Source of the DNA: Methanomicrobia archaeon LH_S13
Lineage (GTDB): Archaea; Halobacteriota; Syntropharchaeia; Alkanophagales; Methanospirareceae
DNA length: 39,200 bases
Assembly (NCBI GenBank): GCA_023659785.1
Contig: JAGXOR010000001.1
Coordinates: 1-39,200, forward strand
Reading direction: 5' to 3'
Shown here: one piece after another, positions 26,775 through 34,966 of the stretch
Position numbering within the stretch: the stretch's first letter is position 1
Layout: every line of letters begins with the position of its first letter
Program-made: the position numbers and the translations under genes
Notes under the pieces: generated by a model
Database searches by the model: none
What the model saw: the letters and a program-made list of their open reading frames with translations, nothing else
What the model was told of the DNA's origin: nothing

Positions 26775-27455
26775 ATGGAAAATGCAAAGTGCAAAAGTAA
26801 AGTGATAATAAAATTGGGTGGTAGCCTGTTAGAGAAAGGCCGTGATGTCATACAGTCTCTTAGAGATTATGTAGAAGAGAAAGAGAAAGAGAAAGATAGA
26901 GCTTTAACCATGATATTAATTCCGGGTGGTGGACCTTTTGCTGATGCCGTAAGAAATCTATCGGGAGATACACATATACCAATATCAGAGGAGGCTGCGC
27001 ACTGGATGGCGGTTTTCGCAATGCACCAGTACGGCATTTTTTTGGCATCGGGTGAAATTGAAATACCATTAGTTGAAAGCGTGGATGAAATAGATAAAGC
27101 TGGACCGATATGCATATTACTACCCTATAAGATTCTAAAAGCGGCCAATTGCCTACCGCATACCTGGGCTGTTACATCTGACACGATAGCTGCGTTTGTT
27201 GCAAATAAAATAGGCGAAAAGACCTTCATAAAACTGACCGACGTTGATGGGATACTAGACGAAAAGGGGCATCTTATCAAAAAAATCTCTGCAAAAGAGA
27301 TGTTTAAGAAAGAGAAGAAGGGATGTATTGACGCAGAACTACCGGGATTTTTAACGCAGAATAAAATGAGTTGCATTATTGTAAACGGTAACTTCCCAAA
27401 TCGAATAATAGACGTAATCGAAGAAAAAGAGACAAATTGCACAAAACTTTTTTAA
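26775..27455 (+). CDS. amino-acid-kinase-fold family kinase (MfnE-like / uridylate-kinase-like)
   Basis: 226 aa. VIIKLGGSLL, LIPGGGPFAD, TSDTIAAFVA and LTDVDGI. Confidence 0.6.
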   Translation: MENAKCKSKVIIKLGGSLLEKGRDVIQSLRDYVEEKEKEKDRALTMILIPGGGPFADAVRNLSGDTHIPISEEAAHWMAVFAMHQYGIFLASGEIEIPLVESVDEIDKAGPICILLPYKILKAANCLPHTWAVTSDTIAAFVANKIGEKTFIKLTDVDGILDEKGHLIKKISAKEMFKKEKKGCIDAELPGFLTQNKMSCIIVNGNFPNRIIDVIEEKETNCTKLF

Positions 27456-28360
27456 CTAACGTCAGCCGCAGAGGCTTTTTCTCGACGAGGATGTGGGGAA
27501 AGAGAATCTATATCTACTTCTAAACTTTTTCCCAATTCCTTATACCTGTTTCGAATTGTAATCTCAGTTGTACCTACAACCTTAGCTATTTCCTTCTCCG
27601 TTCGATACTCACCACTTAAAACTGTGGCAATATATATCGCCGCAGCTGCGGTTCCTATCGGTGCCCAGCCTCTGGCTGCTCCCTTTCCCTTATTCTCCTT
27701 TAGTATCTCTATTGCCTTTTCCCTTATCCTCTCGCTTAACCCAAGCTCAGAGCAGAACCGAGGGACATAGTGTGATGGATCCGCAGGTGCAATCTTCAAT
27801 TCAAATTTCCTTAAAAGAAAAAGGTATGACCTCCTTATTTTCTTTAGGGGACTTCTTGACACCGCTGCGATCTCTTTCAGTGTTCGTGGAATTCCATACT
27901 GTCTACAAATAATGTACAGCATTGCAGAGACCAATTCTTCTATGCTTCGCCCCTTGATCAAACAGCGCTTCGCCGCTTTTCGGTACAGCACTGCAGTTGT
28001 TTCCTTTATATCATTCGGCAGCTTAAGTGCGCATGCCATTCTATCTATCTCGATAAGCGCGAAGGCAAGAGTTTTTTCACTACTACCCATATTTACCCAT
28101 CGCAATCTTTTTATCCCCGCGGGCAATTTTGGCGTAGATGTGCTCAGTCCTTTATCGTGAATTCTATAACTCATTCCTGGACCGGTTCTTACCCTTTTAG
28201 AAGCTTGTTCGGAATCATACGCACGCCATTCGGGCCCAAGGTCTACGATATTCTCTGCTATTACCATCCCGCAGTCGGCGCAGTAAAGTTCCGCATGCTT
28301 AGAATCAGATACCACGTTTTTTGATCCACATTCAGGACAATTTCTTATTTTGTTCTCCAT
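27452..28360 (-). CDS. tfb: transcription initiation factor IIB (TFB)
   Basis: 302 aa. Zn ribbon CPECGS...CADCG, B-finger/linker, and two cyclin-fold repeats. Confidence 0.9.
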   Translation of the reverse strand: MENKIRNCPECGSKNVVSDSKHAELYCADCGMVIAENIVDLGPEWRAYDSEQASKRVRTGPGMSYRIHDKGLSTSTPKLPAGIKRLRWVNMGSSEKTLAFALIEIDRMACALKLPNDIKETTAVLYRKAAKRCLIKGRSIEELVSAMLYIICRQYGIPRTLKEIAAVSRSPLKKIRRSYLFLLRKFELKIAPADPSHYVPRFCSELGLSERIREKAIEILKENKGKGAARGWAPIGTAAAAIYIATVLSGEYRTEKEIAKVVGTTEITIRNRYKELGKSLEVDIDSLSPHPRREKASAADVS

Positions 28361-28456
28361 ACCAATAATAACATATTTTTTTATTATATAATAGTTTCGG
28401 TTTTTAAGTGTACGTATATAATGAATAATTATTAAAGATACGAGGTGAGATAGATT

Positions 28457-28630
28457 ATGGAAATAGAAGAAAAAAGCGCGGGTAATGTGGAGATATTATC
28501 CCTGAACGATAGGCTCGATGCCATCGTGGATTCCAAGAAGATGAACTTGACCTACGTAAATGCGGGGCACAACCCTCCTCTGCTGCTCTGGGAAACGTCC
28601 GGTGAAATTATCTTATTAAATTACATATAA
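28457..28630 (+). pseudogene. chimeric relic: STAS (anti-sigma antagonist)-like N-terminus joined to a PP2C/SpoIIE phosphatase motif
   Basis: A 57-aa ORF translated by hand. The N-terminus, MEIEEKSAGNVEILSLNDRLDA, is STAS-like. The segment LTYVNAGHNPPLLL matches the SpoIIE/PP2C motif. It is far too short for either domain. Confidence 0.4.
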
Positions 28631-28673
28631 TTATTTATACTTTAACTCACTATAACATAGTGAAGAAAGAAAA

Positions 28674-29687
28674 ATGAAGAACCTCGAAGCCATTCTCGCG
28701 GGTGATAAAGGTTTGGGTTTGGGCTTGGGCTTAGGGCACGTATTACACTTGTATAATTCAAACGTAAACAAATATGCCGTTCAAATACCTTTCATTGCTT
28801 CCACATCCAAAAAAGAAAAGGTTATTTACGTGACTGCGGAGGAGGAGCTGATAAAAGAGGAGTTAGAAATAGAGAATTTAAATTTAAAGGTTGATATGGT
28901 TATATATTACCCGGAGGAGATGGGGAAGATATGCATGCATAATAAGGGGAGAATTATCGTAGACGTTTCTTCATTTGGTGATGCTTCGGTTATAGAAGAA
29001 GTGGAAGGAAAAAGGAGGGTTATAGGAAGAAAAACACTTTACAGTAGATATACCAATTACAAGCAAAGAGAAGTATATTTAAGCTCTATTTGCAATCAGT
29101 ACCCCAGTGCATATAGCATATTATGCAGTTATAACATGGATGAGCTGGAGCCAGAAATGAGTAACTCGCTGTTGAAATACCACGATAAGATAATTATGAG
29201 CACTGATGACAGCGATGTAGGCATGCCTTCATCTATACTGTTACAAACTACGAATAGTATTGCGGAGAAATATATGGTGCGATTTGTGAAGAATTATTTA
29301 GACATGATTGTGCTTGCATTGGTCTTAAAGAGAAAAATGTGCGGCACCGATATAATAAAAAGTATTCAAAAGAGTTTCGGGGTACTCCTGAGCACTGGAA
29401 CAGTATATCCACTTTTGCATGATTTGGAGGAAAAGGGACTATTAGACTGCGAATACGGTATAAGAAGGAGGTACAAAAAGAAGGTATATAAGCCAAAAGA
29501 TGAACAGCAGGTAAAGAATATCCTGATAGAGCACGTTCAATCGAATAACATTTTAAACAAATTCTTGCGGTCTTTTCCTCATGATTATATAATAGGGGGG
29601 AGGGAGCTGGACAAGGAGGAAACAAGAGATCACAGTAAAAAACCACGAGATTTCAAAAGAGACACACAAGAGATGCATCCCTACTAA
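28674..29687 (+). CDS. putative regulator: MEDS-like N-terminal sensory domain fused to PadR-type winged HTH
   Basis: 337 aa. HVLHLYNSNVNKYAVQIPFIASTSKKEKVIYV resembles the MEDS N-terminus. LDMIVLALVLKRKMCGTDIIKSIQKSFGVLLSTGTVYPLLHDLEEKGLL is PadR-like. The last ~15 codons run into 22-nt box copy 1. Confidence 0.5.
   Translation: MKNLEAILAGDKGLGLGLGLGHVLHLYNSNVNKYAVQIPFIASTSKKEKVIYVTAEEELIKEELEIENLNLKVDMVIYYPEEMGKICMHNKGRIIVDVSSFGDASVIEEVEGKRRVIGRKTLYSRYTNYKQREVYLSSICNQYPSAYSILCSYNMDELEPEMSNSLLKYHDKIIMSTDDSDVGMPSSILLQTTNSIAEKYMVRFVKNYLDMIVLALVLKRKMCGTDIIKSIQKSFGVLLSTGTVYPLLHDLEEKGLLDCEYGIRRRYKKKVYKPKDEQQVKNILIEHVQSNNILNKFLRSFPHDYIIGGRELDKEETRDHSKKPRDFKRDTQEMHPY
29639..29660 (+). promoter_or_regulatory. 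22-nt conserved box, copy 1 (AAAACCACGAGATTTCAAAAGA)
   Basis: 21/22 identical to copy 3 (36550-36571) and 20/22 to copy 2 (31137-31158). It lies in the 3' end of the regulator ORF. Confidence 0.5.
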
Positions 29688-29722
29688 TATTCTTAATTAT
29701 AAAGAGCTAAACAAATCCGCTT

Positions 29723-29744
29723 TTTTATATCAGGATTTGATATA
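29723..29744 (+). promoter_or_regulatory. putative TATA box (TTTTATATCA) overlapping the palindrome TATATCA-N5-TGATATA, upstream of the first gvpF/L-like gene
   Basis: AT-rich TATA-like element about 75 nt upstream of ATG 29805. The same TTTTATATCAAATCC core recurs at 33632 in the opposite half-site orientation. Confidence 0.3.
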
Positions 29745-29804
29745 ACCAAAATTTATTAAAGAACAGAGGTAGAATTACGTTTTTAGAGAGGGTAAGGGAA
29801 AATA

Positions 29805-30842
29805 ATGGAAGAGATTAATATCGCGTTCATCGGGAAAAAGGGAATGCCATTTCCGATAAGAAAGCATCCCGGAAGATACTTCTTCATCTCGGAAACCGAT
29901 TTAAAAAAGCTGACGGAGATAAACGAAGCGTGCAAGGAAAAGGGACTAAAGCACCTCAAAGAAATAAGGATAGTTGGTAGAGGAGGAGTATTGGGGAACA
30001 AGCCCTTTTTGCTAAGACGACCAGAAGGGGGTTTTCTCGAAGGTAGGTATGTTTGTATTCTTGTAGAGCATACGGTAGAGTTCGAAGAGGTGCGAAAAAG
30101 GTATGAAGGGTTAATAAAAGAAGAGAAAATAGCAAAGGAAAAGGAAAAGGCAGAAGAAAAGAAAGAGGAGGTAATAAGAAAAAGAGAGGAAGGGAAATAC
30201 GTTTACTGCGTGATAAAATCAGATGAAGAGCAGAGAAGTTTTGGTGATTTTGGGATAGAAGATACAGGAGAAGTTTATACCATTCCCTATAAGAAGTTCG
30301 CAGCGGTTGTGAGTGATTCCCCGATGAAGGAATATGAAGCGAGGGAAGAAAATGTGAAAGAGCACGAAGAAATTGTTAGGAAGATATTATTAGAGGGTCA
30401 CACGGTGCTGCCTGTTGCTTTTAATATGGTTTTTAAGGATAAACGGACGCTGCTTGTAACGATGAGCAAGGCGAGGAAGGGATTAAGAAAAGCTTATGAA
30501 ACAGTGGACAAAAAAGTAGAACTCGGAATTAAGGCTATTTTCACTAAAGAGGCGCTGAAAACCCTTGAAAAAAGCAGAAGCGAGTTAGGCCAGGACTTTG
30601 AATCTGACTTACTCGAAACAATAGATGGTAAATTCGCATCTTTAAAGAAGTTGGATTTGTTCAGTGACCGTCTGGCATTGAATATGACTTTTTTGGTTGA
30701 CCGGGACAAGATAGCGGAGATTTCAGAAGCAATTGAACCCCTGTATAATAAATACGATTCGTTAAAAGTCCAGTATAGCGGTCCCTGGGCACCCTATAAT
30801 TTTGTTAACATAAGGATATTAGGAAAAGGAGGAGGAAAATAA
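29805..30842 (+). CDS. GvpL/GvpF-family gas vesicle protein with ~130-aa uncharacterised N-terminal extension
   Basis: 345 aa. From KYVYCVIKSD onward it has the GvpL_GvpF pattern (YTIPYKKFAAVVSD, ...HEEIVRKILLEGHTVLPVAFNMVF, ...LNMTFLVDRDK, ...YSGPWAPYNF). Confidence 0.75.
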   Translation: MEEINIAFIGKKGMPFPIRKHPGRYFFISETDLKKLTEINEACKEKGLKHLKEIRIVGRGGVLGNKPFLLRRPEGGFLEGRYVCILVEHTVEFEEVRKRYEGLIKEEKIAKEKEKAEEKKEEVIRKREEGKYVYCVIKSDEEQRSFGDFGIEDTGEVYTIPYKKFAAVVSDSPMKEYEAREENVKEHEEIVRKILLEGHTVLPVAFNMVFKDKRTLLVTMSKARKGLRKAYETVDKKVELGIKAIFTKEALKTLEKSRSELGQDFESDLLETIDGKFASLKKLDLFSDRLALNMTFLVDRDKIAEISEAIEPLYNKYDSLKVQYSGPWAPYNFVNIRILGKGGGK

Positions 30843-31127
30843 ATGCCATTTATAATTGACGACTTATTTCTGCGGATGCTTGGGATTTCTATCCCCCCTT
30901 TCGATATGTTATGGTTGATGGAGCAAATAAGGGATTATGCTTATACAGAGATGTATGATACAGAGAAGATAAATAGCCAGCTAAAAGAGAACAGGCTGCT
31001 TTACGAATTTGATGAGATAACAAAAGAGGAGTATGAGAAAAGGAACGAGAAACTTAATCACAAATTGAAAATGGCAAACCACGTGAACCACGCAAATATG
31101 CGGGACAGAGTGAATGCCCTGAGATAA
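30843..31127 (+). CDS. gvpG: GvpG-like gas vesicle protein
   Basis: 94 aa. MPFIIDDLFLR...MYDTEKINSQLKENRLLYEFDEITKEEYEKRNEKL matches the GvpG pattern as remembered. It starts directly after the stop of the previous gene. Confidence 0.6.
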   Translation: MPFIIDDLFLRMLGISIPPFDMLWLMEQIRDYAYTEMYDTEKINSQLKENRLLYEFDEITKEEYEKRNEKLNHKLKMANHVNHANMRDRVNALR

Positions 31128-31136
31128 GAGAAAGAT

Positions 31137-31158
31137 AAAACCACGAGATTACACAAGA
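31137..31158 (+). promoter_or_regulatory. 22-nt conserved box, copy 2 (AAAACCACGAGATTACACAAGA)
   Basis: Intergenic, 20 nt upstream of ATG 31178. 21/22 identical to copy 3. Confidence 0.5.
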
Positions 31159-31177
31159 TTTACACAGAAGAGAGAAA

Positions 31178-31390
31178 ATGAAAAAAGGAAGAAGGAGAGG
31201 AAAAGAAAAACGCCTTGTGCCAAGATCTTTAAAAACAATAGATGCATTACAGGAAAAGGGGACAGTGGTTGATTTCAAGTACTCAACCAATTTAATTTCC
31301 TTGATAAGAATGGACGTTGAGGGAAGAGCTGCGATTAAAGGTTATGATGCCGGTGTTGACGTTCATCCATTCAAACTATACAGGAGGTAA
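31178..31390 (+). CDS. highly divergent GvpA/J/M-family-like small protein with basic N-terminus
   Basis: 70 aa. SLKTIDALQEKGTVVDFKYSTNLISLIRMDVEGRAAIKGYD aligns by eye to the GvpA core LAEVLDRILDKGVVVD.WARVSLVGIE.LTVEARVVVASV. Confidence 0.45.
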   Translation: MKKGRRRGKEKRLVPRSLKTIDALQEKGTVVDFKYSTNLISLIRMDVEGRAAIKGYDAGVDVHPFKLYRR

Positions 31391-31394
31391 GAAC

Positions 31395-33383
31395 ATGAAC
31401 AAAGAGCCAGGCTTTTTCTCTGATGAATTAAACCTCATATTCTTCGGTGGGAAAGGAGGAGAGGGGAAGACGACATGTGCGGCTGCAACTGCGCTGCGTC
31501 TATCAGAAAGAGGGAGGAAAACGCTTATCCTCTCCACTGACCCAGCTCATTCACTTTCAGATAGTTTCGGCATTCACATAGGTAACAAAATCACGCCTCT
31601 AAAAGACAACCTGTATGGTCTGGAGATAGATTCGAGGGAATTGATAGAAGAGTTTATGAAAGAAAATGAAATTACAATTTCAAAGATAGTTGACAGAGGC
31701 ACATATCTTGATGCCGATGACATATTAAAAATGCTCTCCCTTTCCCTACCAGGTATGGACGAGTACATGGCGATATTAAAAATAAGGGAATTGATGAGAG
31801 AGGGGGAATACGATTTGTTCATTTCCGATACAGCACCAACTGGACACTCCATTCGTCTATTATTAACACCGGGATTAGCTGATGAATGGATTGGTTTCCT
31901 CGATAAGTTGGCAGAAAAACACAGGTATATAACGAGGACATTCAGGGGCAGATATGTAAAGGACGAAACGGACGCGTTCTTAGAAAAGATGCATAGAGAC
32001 TTGAGGATGGTGATGAAAGCTTTTACAGATGTGAAAACGGAATTTGTGCCCGTTACAATCCTGGAAGCGATGGGTGTAGAGGAAACCGCAGACCTGCTTT
32101 CTGCACTTCAAGACCTCAAAATAAATGTCAGAAGCATAGTAATTAATAGAGCAAATTTATCCCCCATAGAGAAGTGCGATTTATGCGCTCATAGAGTAAA
32201 AGACCAGGAAAGGTATGTCAGTGAAATATATGAAAAATGGGGGAGATATGACGTTATACAGGTGCCGCTGTTTCCTCACGAGATAAGAGGGTCAGAAAGG
32301 CTAAGCGAGTTCGGCGATGTATTGGCAGGAAAGCCTTATGAGTATAAGCCAAGTGCAGAGAAGAGACAGCGAAAAAAAAAAGCGAAATCGAGAATAAAGG
32401 ATTTGCTGGAGAAAGAACTGAAGGTGCTGATTATTGGCGGAAAGGGGGGAGTGGGAAAAACAACGGTAGCATCAGCATCGGGTTTGTACATTGCAAGAAG
32501 AAAGCCGGGAAAGAAGATACTGGTGGGCTCTACTGACCCGGCGCATTCATTATCCGACTCTTTTGACCTGCACATAGGTAATAAGGTTACCAAGATAGAA
32601 AACAACCTTTATGGTTTGGAAATAGATGCGGAAGAGGCGATGGCTGAATTTAGAGATAAATACACGACGGAGATAAAAGAAGCATTTGAAGGTTTAGCCC
32701 GCGATAGAAGAACTGCCATTGATTTGCCTTTTGATAGGGATATACTTCAACGTCTCAAGGAGCTTACTCCTCCTGGTTTAGATGAGATAATGGCACTCGC
32801 GAAGATAGTGGAATTGACGAAGAGTAGTGAGTACGATTTAATTATTTTAGATACCGCTCCAACAGGGCATACCATTAGATTGTTAGAGCTGCCGGATATA
32901 GCATTGGACTGGTTTGATGCTTTTATCAGGATAATACACAAATATAGAGAGATGGTTTCGCTGACAGACACCTTAAGATTGGTATTAGAAAAGAAGAGGG
33001 ATACAGAAGAGACGCTAAAAATCCTGAGAAGCGAAGCCCAAACGGAATTTGTTGGTGTTACAATTCCAGAGGCGATGAGTGTATTTGAGACTGAACACCT
33101 CATATCAGAGATAAAAAAAGCTGAGATTTGTTTAGAGCACGTTATTATCAACAGTATTATTCCGGCTCCTGCGGCGAAATGTAGTTTCTGTATATCGCAA
33201 CTAAAAAATCAGAGGGAGTATATAAAAGAAATAGGAAAACTTGGCTACAAAATCACCGAGATACCTTTGTTCGAGCATGAAATCCGAGGTATAGATATGC
33301 TTGCTGACTTTGGCGAAGTGATATATGGAGAAGGGAGGAGTCATAAAACGGGGATTGGCAATAAATTATTTGGTTTTTTTTAA
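31395..33383 (+). CDS. tandem (pseudo-dimeric) ArsA/Get3(TRC40)-family ATPase
   Basis: Start at ATG 31395, preceded by AGGAGGT; the track ORF starts at 31317. Two P-loops (GGKGGEGKTT, GGKGGVGKTT). Two DTAPTGH(S/T)IRLL switch motifs. Two CxxC motifs (KCDLC at 32175-32186, KCSFC at 33180-33191). Confidence 0.85.
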   Translation: MNKEPGFFSDELNLIFFGGKGGEGKTTCAAATALRLSERGRKTLILSTDPAHSLSDSFGIHIGNKITPLKDNLYGLEIDSRELIEEFMKENEITISKIVDRGTYLDADDILKMLSLSLPGMDEYMAILKIRELMREGEYDLFISDTAPTGHSIRLLLTPGLADEWIGFLDKLAEKHRYITRTFRGRYVKDETDAFLEKMHRDLRMVMKAFTDVKTEFVPVTILEAMGVEETADLLSALQDLKINVRSIVINRANLSPIEKCDLCAHRVKDQERYVSEIYEKWGRYDVIQVPLFPHEIRGSERLSEFGDVLAGKPYEYKPSAEKRQRKKKAKSRIKDLLEKELKVLIIGGKGGVGKTTVASASGLYIARRKPGKKILVGSTDPAHSLSDSFDLHIGNKVTKIENNLYGLEIDAEEAMAEFRDKYTTEIKEAFEGLARDRRTAIDLPFDRDILQRLKELTPPGLDEIMALAKIVELTKSSEYDLIILDTAPTGHTIRLLELPDIALDWFDAFIRIIHKYREMVSLTDTLRLVLEKKRDTEETLKILRSEAQTEFVGVTIPEAMSVFETEHLISEIKKAEICLEHVIINSIIPAPAAKCSFCISQLKNQREYIKEIGKLGYKITEIPLFEHEIRGIDMLADFGEVIYGEGRSHKTGIGNKLFGFF

Positions 33384-33405
33384 AAATTTCAAAAGGGGAT
33401 AAGAA

Positions 33406-33624
33406 ATGGGAAGAAAGAAGTATTGGCAAAGAAGCATGGAAATTTACTTCAGGGAGCAGAATAGAAAGCGTGATCCTTTAAAGCTTCGTGAGGAAATGGA
33501 AAAGGGAACTAAAGAAATCAGTGAAAAAATGAGTTCTTATGTGGAAGAGAAAAGTGAAGAGCGAGATGACTATGCAAAAAGATTCCAGGAAGATGTGAAA
33601 AAGATAAAGAATAGACTGAGATAA
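33406..33624 (+). CDS. small charged coiled-coil-like protein (72 aa)
   Basis: ATG preceded by a purine-rich RBS. N-terminal KKYWQR resembles KEHWQR of ORF 34694. No family recognised. Confidence 0.5.
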   Translation: MGRKKYWQRSMEIYFREQNRKRDPLKLREEMEKGTKEISEKMSSYVEEKSEERDDYAKRFQEDVKKIKNRLR

Positions 33625-33631
33625 AAAAGGG

Positions 33632-33641
33632 TTTTATATCA
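33632..33641 (+). promoter_or_regulatory. putative TATA box (TTTTATATCA) of an internal promoter
   Basis: Lies in the only long (112 nt) intergenic gap of this sub-cluster and carries the same 10-mer as 29723-29732. Confidence 0.25.
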
Positions 33642-33736
33642 AATCCCGCTATAATCGAAATCCTTTTGAATGCAGACTTCTAACATAAAATTTGAAATTA
33701 AAAAAATAAAAGAGTTTTTAACGAGGTGTGAAAAAA

Positions 33737-33961
33737 ATGGTTACACGAGAAGCAAAAAGTAGGGGAAAGTTGGTAGCGGAATTGGATGATTCAACGTATA
33801 GGGCGATAGCAGGTAAGGTACGTAGTCACTTATCTCCTCGTGTGTATATCTCACCTGAGAGGACAAGTGTAGAAGGTAAGAAAGTAGTCAGGCTGTGGAG
33901 CAGATACCCGGAAGCTGCGAAAAGAGCGGTTCAAAAGGTATTGGCTGAGAGGCGTAAATAA
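33737..33961 (+). CDS. small basic hypothetical protein (74 aa)
   Basis: ATG 33737 sits 8 nt after GAGGTG; the track uses GTG 33728. No family recognised. Confidence 0.5.
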   Translation: MVTREAKSRGKLVAELDDSTYRAIAGKVRSHLSPRVYISPERTSVEGKKVVRLWSRYPEAAKRAVQKVLAERRK

Positions 33962-33978
33962 AAAAGGAGGTAATAAAA

Positions 33979-34188
33979 ATGACTTCGGTAAGGAGTTATA
34001 GTATGGAGAAGGATAGAGCGATAAAAGAGATACAAGCAGGAATTGAAGAGGTTGAAGAAAGAATGGCGGCTGGTATAAGTGAGCTACAAGCAGAAAGAGA
34101 AGCGGTTGAAAGAAGAGTTGCTGCGGATACTACGGAGAAGCAGAAAGATTCAGATAGGTTTGCAGAAGAGTTTTGGGAAGGAGAATGA
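33979..34188 (+). CDS. small acidic coiled-coil-like protein (69 aa)
   Basis: AAGGAGGT RBS upstream. E/A/R-rich heptad-like sequence. Confidence 0.5.
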   Translation: MTSVRSYSMEKDRAIKEIQAGIEEVEERMAAGISELQAEREAVERRVAADTTEKQKDSDRFAEEFWEGE

Positions 34189-34217
34189 AAGGTTATAAAA
34201 AATAGGGGGTGATAAGA

Positions 34218-34430
34218 ATGGTTACTATGCGACCGAATAGTGGAACAACACCAGGGAAGGATAAAGCAGCAAGAGACAGGCAAGTGAAGTTTTTAAGATA
34301 TCTCAGGACGAGAACACAACACTTATCTCTCACATTACGTCCACGCGGCGTTCGACAACTCTGGATGGTGGAGGAACAGAGATGGCGTGGCAGGGAGTGG
34401 TGGAAGAAAGATAAAGATTGGTGGAGGTAA
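34218..34430 (+). CDS. small basic protein with Trp/Arg-rich C-terminus (70 aa, ...EEQRWRGREWWKKDKDWWR)
   Basis: ATG 34218 follows GGGGGTG; GTG 34209 is an alternative. Confidence 0.45.
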   Translation: MVTMRPNSGTTPGKDKAARDRQVKFLRYLRTRTQHLSLTLRPRGVRQLWMVEEQRWRGREWWKKDKDWWR

Positions 34431-34435
34431 ATGAC

Positions 34436-34687
34436 ATGACGACTTCAAGTAGTATTTCAAGACGCTTAGAAGGGCTGGGCAACGAAAAAGAGAGGGTAAA
34501 AAGAGAGACAGAAAGGATTGATAGACAGAAGAAGGCGATACTCGAAAGAAGGCAGAAAGCATTGGAACGGGGTGAAACATTGACCGGGATGGATGATATG
34601 GAGAGAAAAAAGAGAGCAACGCGGTCGAGATGGGATAGAAAATGGAATTATAGAAGATGGAAAATTGATGCGAAAAAGAGGTCTTAA
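34436..34687 (+). CDS. small basic protein, paralog A (83 aa)
   Basis: ATG is 6 nt after the previous stop, preceded by GGTGGAGGT. It shares ERI.RQK....ERR.....RGE..TG.D..ERKK.AT..RWD.KW..R..K.DA with ORF 34694. Confidence 0.55.
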   Translation: MTTSSSISRRLEGLGNEKERVKRETERIDRQKKAILERRQKALERGETLTGMDDMERKKRATRSRWDRKWNYRRWKIDAKKRS

Positions 34688-34693
34688 AGCAAA

Positions 34694-34960
34694 ATGACAG
34701 GGAAAGAGCATTGGCAAAGAGATCTGGCGTATTTGAAAAGAAGCATGCTGGGTTCAGGGCAGTTGAGAAGGATTAAAGCACAGGAAGAACGGATAAGCAG
34801 GCAGAAGGAAGCTGCGCATGAAAGAAGACGAGCAGCTATAAAAAGGGGTGAAGTAATAACCGGGATAGACAAGGTGGAAAGGAAAAAGTTAGCAACGCAG
34901 CATAGATGGGATGGAAAATGGGCTCGCAGGAAAATGAAATTGGACGCAAGAAGGAGGTAG
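34694..34960 (+). CDS. small basic protein, paralog B (88 aa)
   Basis: Tandem paralog of 34436..34687 (see motif above). Confidence 0.55.
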   Translation: MTGKEHWQRDLAYLKRSMLGSGQLRRIKAQEERISRQKEAAHERRRAAIKRGEVITGIDKVERKKLATQHRWDGKWARRKMKLDARRR

Positions 34961-34966
34961 GTAAAA

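Noticed and set aside
31317-31394. Upstream extension of the ArsA/Get3-like ORF overlapping the GvpA-like ORF
   Set aside because: ATG 31395 has an AGGAGGT RBS and sits just before the P-loop. The extension overlaps ORF 31178..31390 in another frame.
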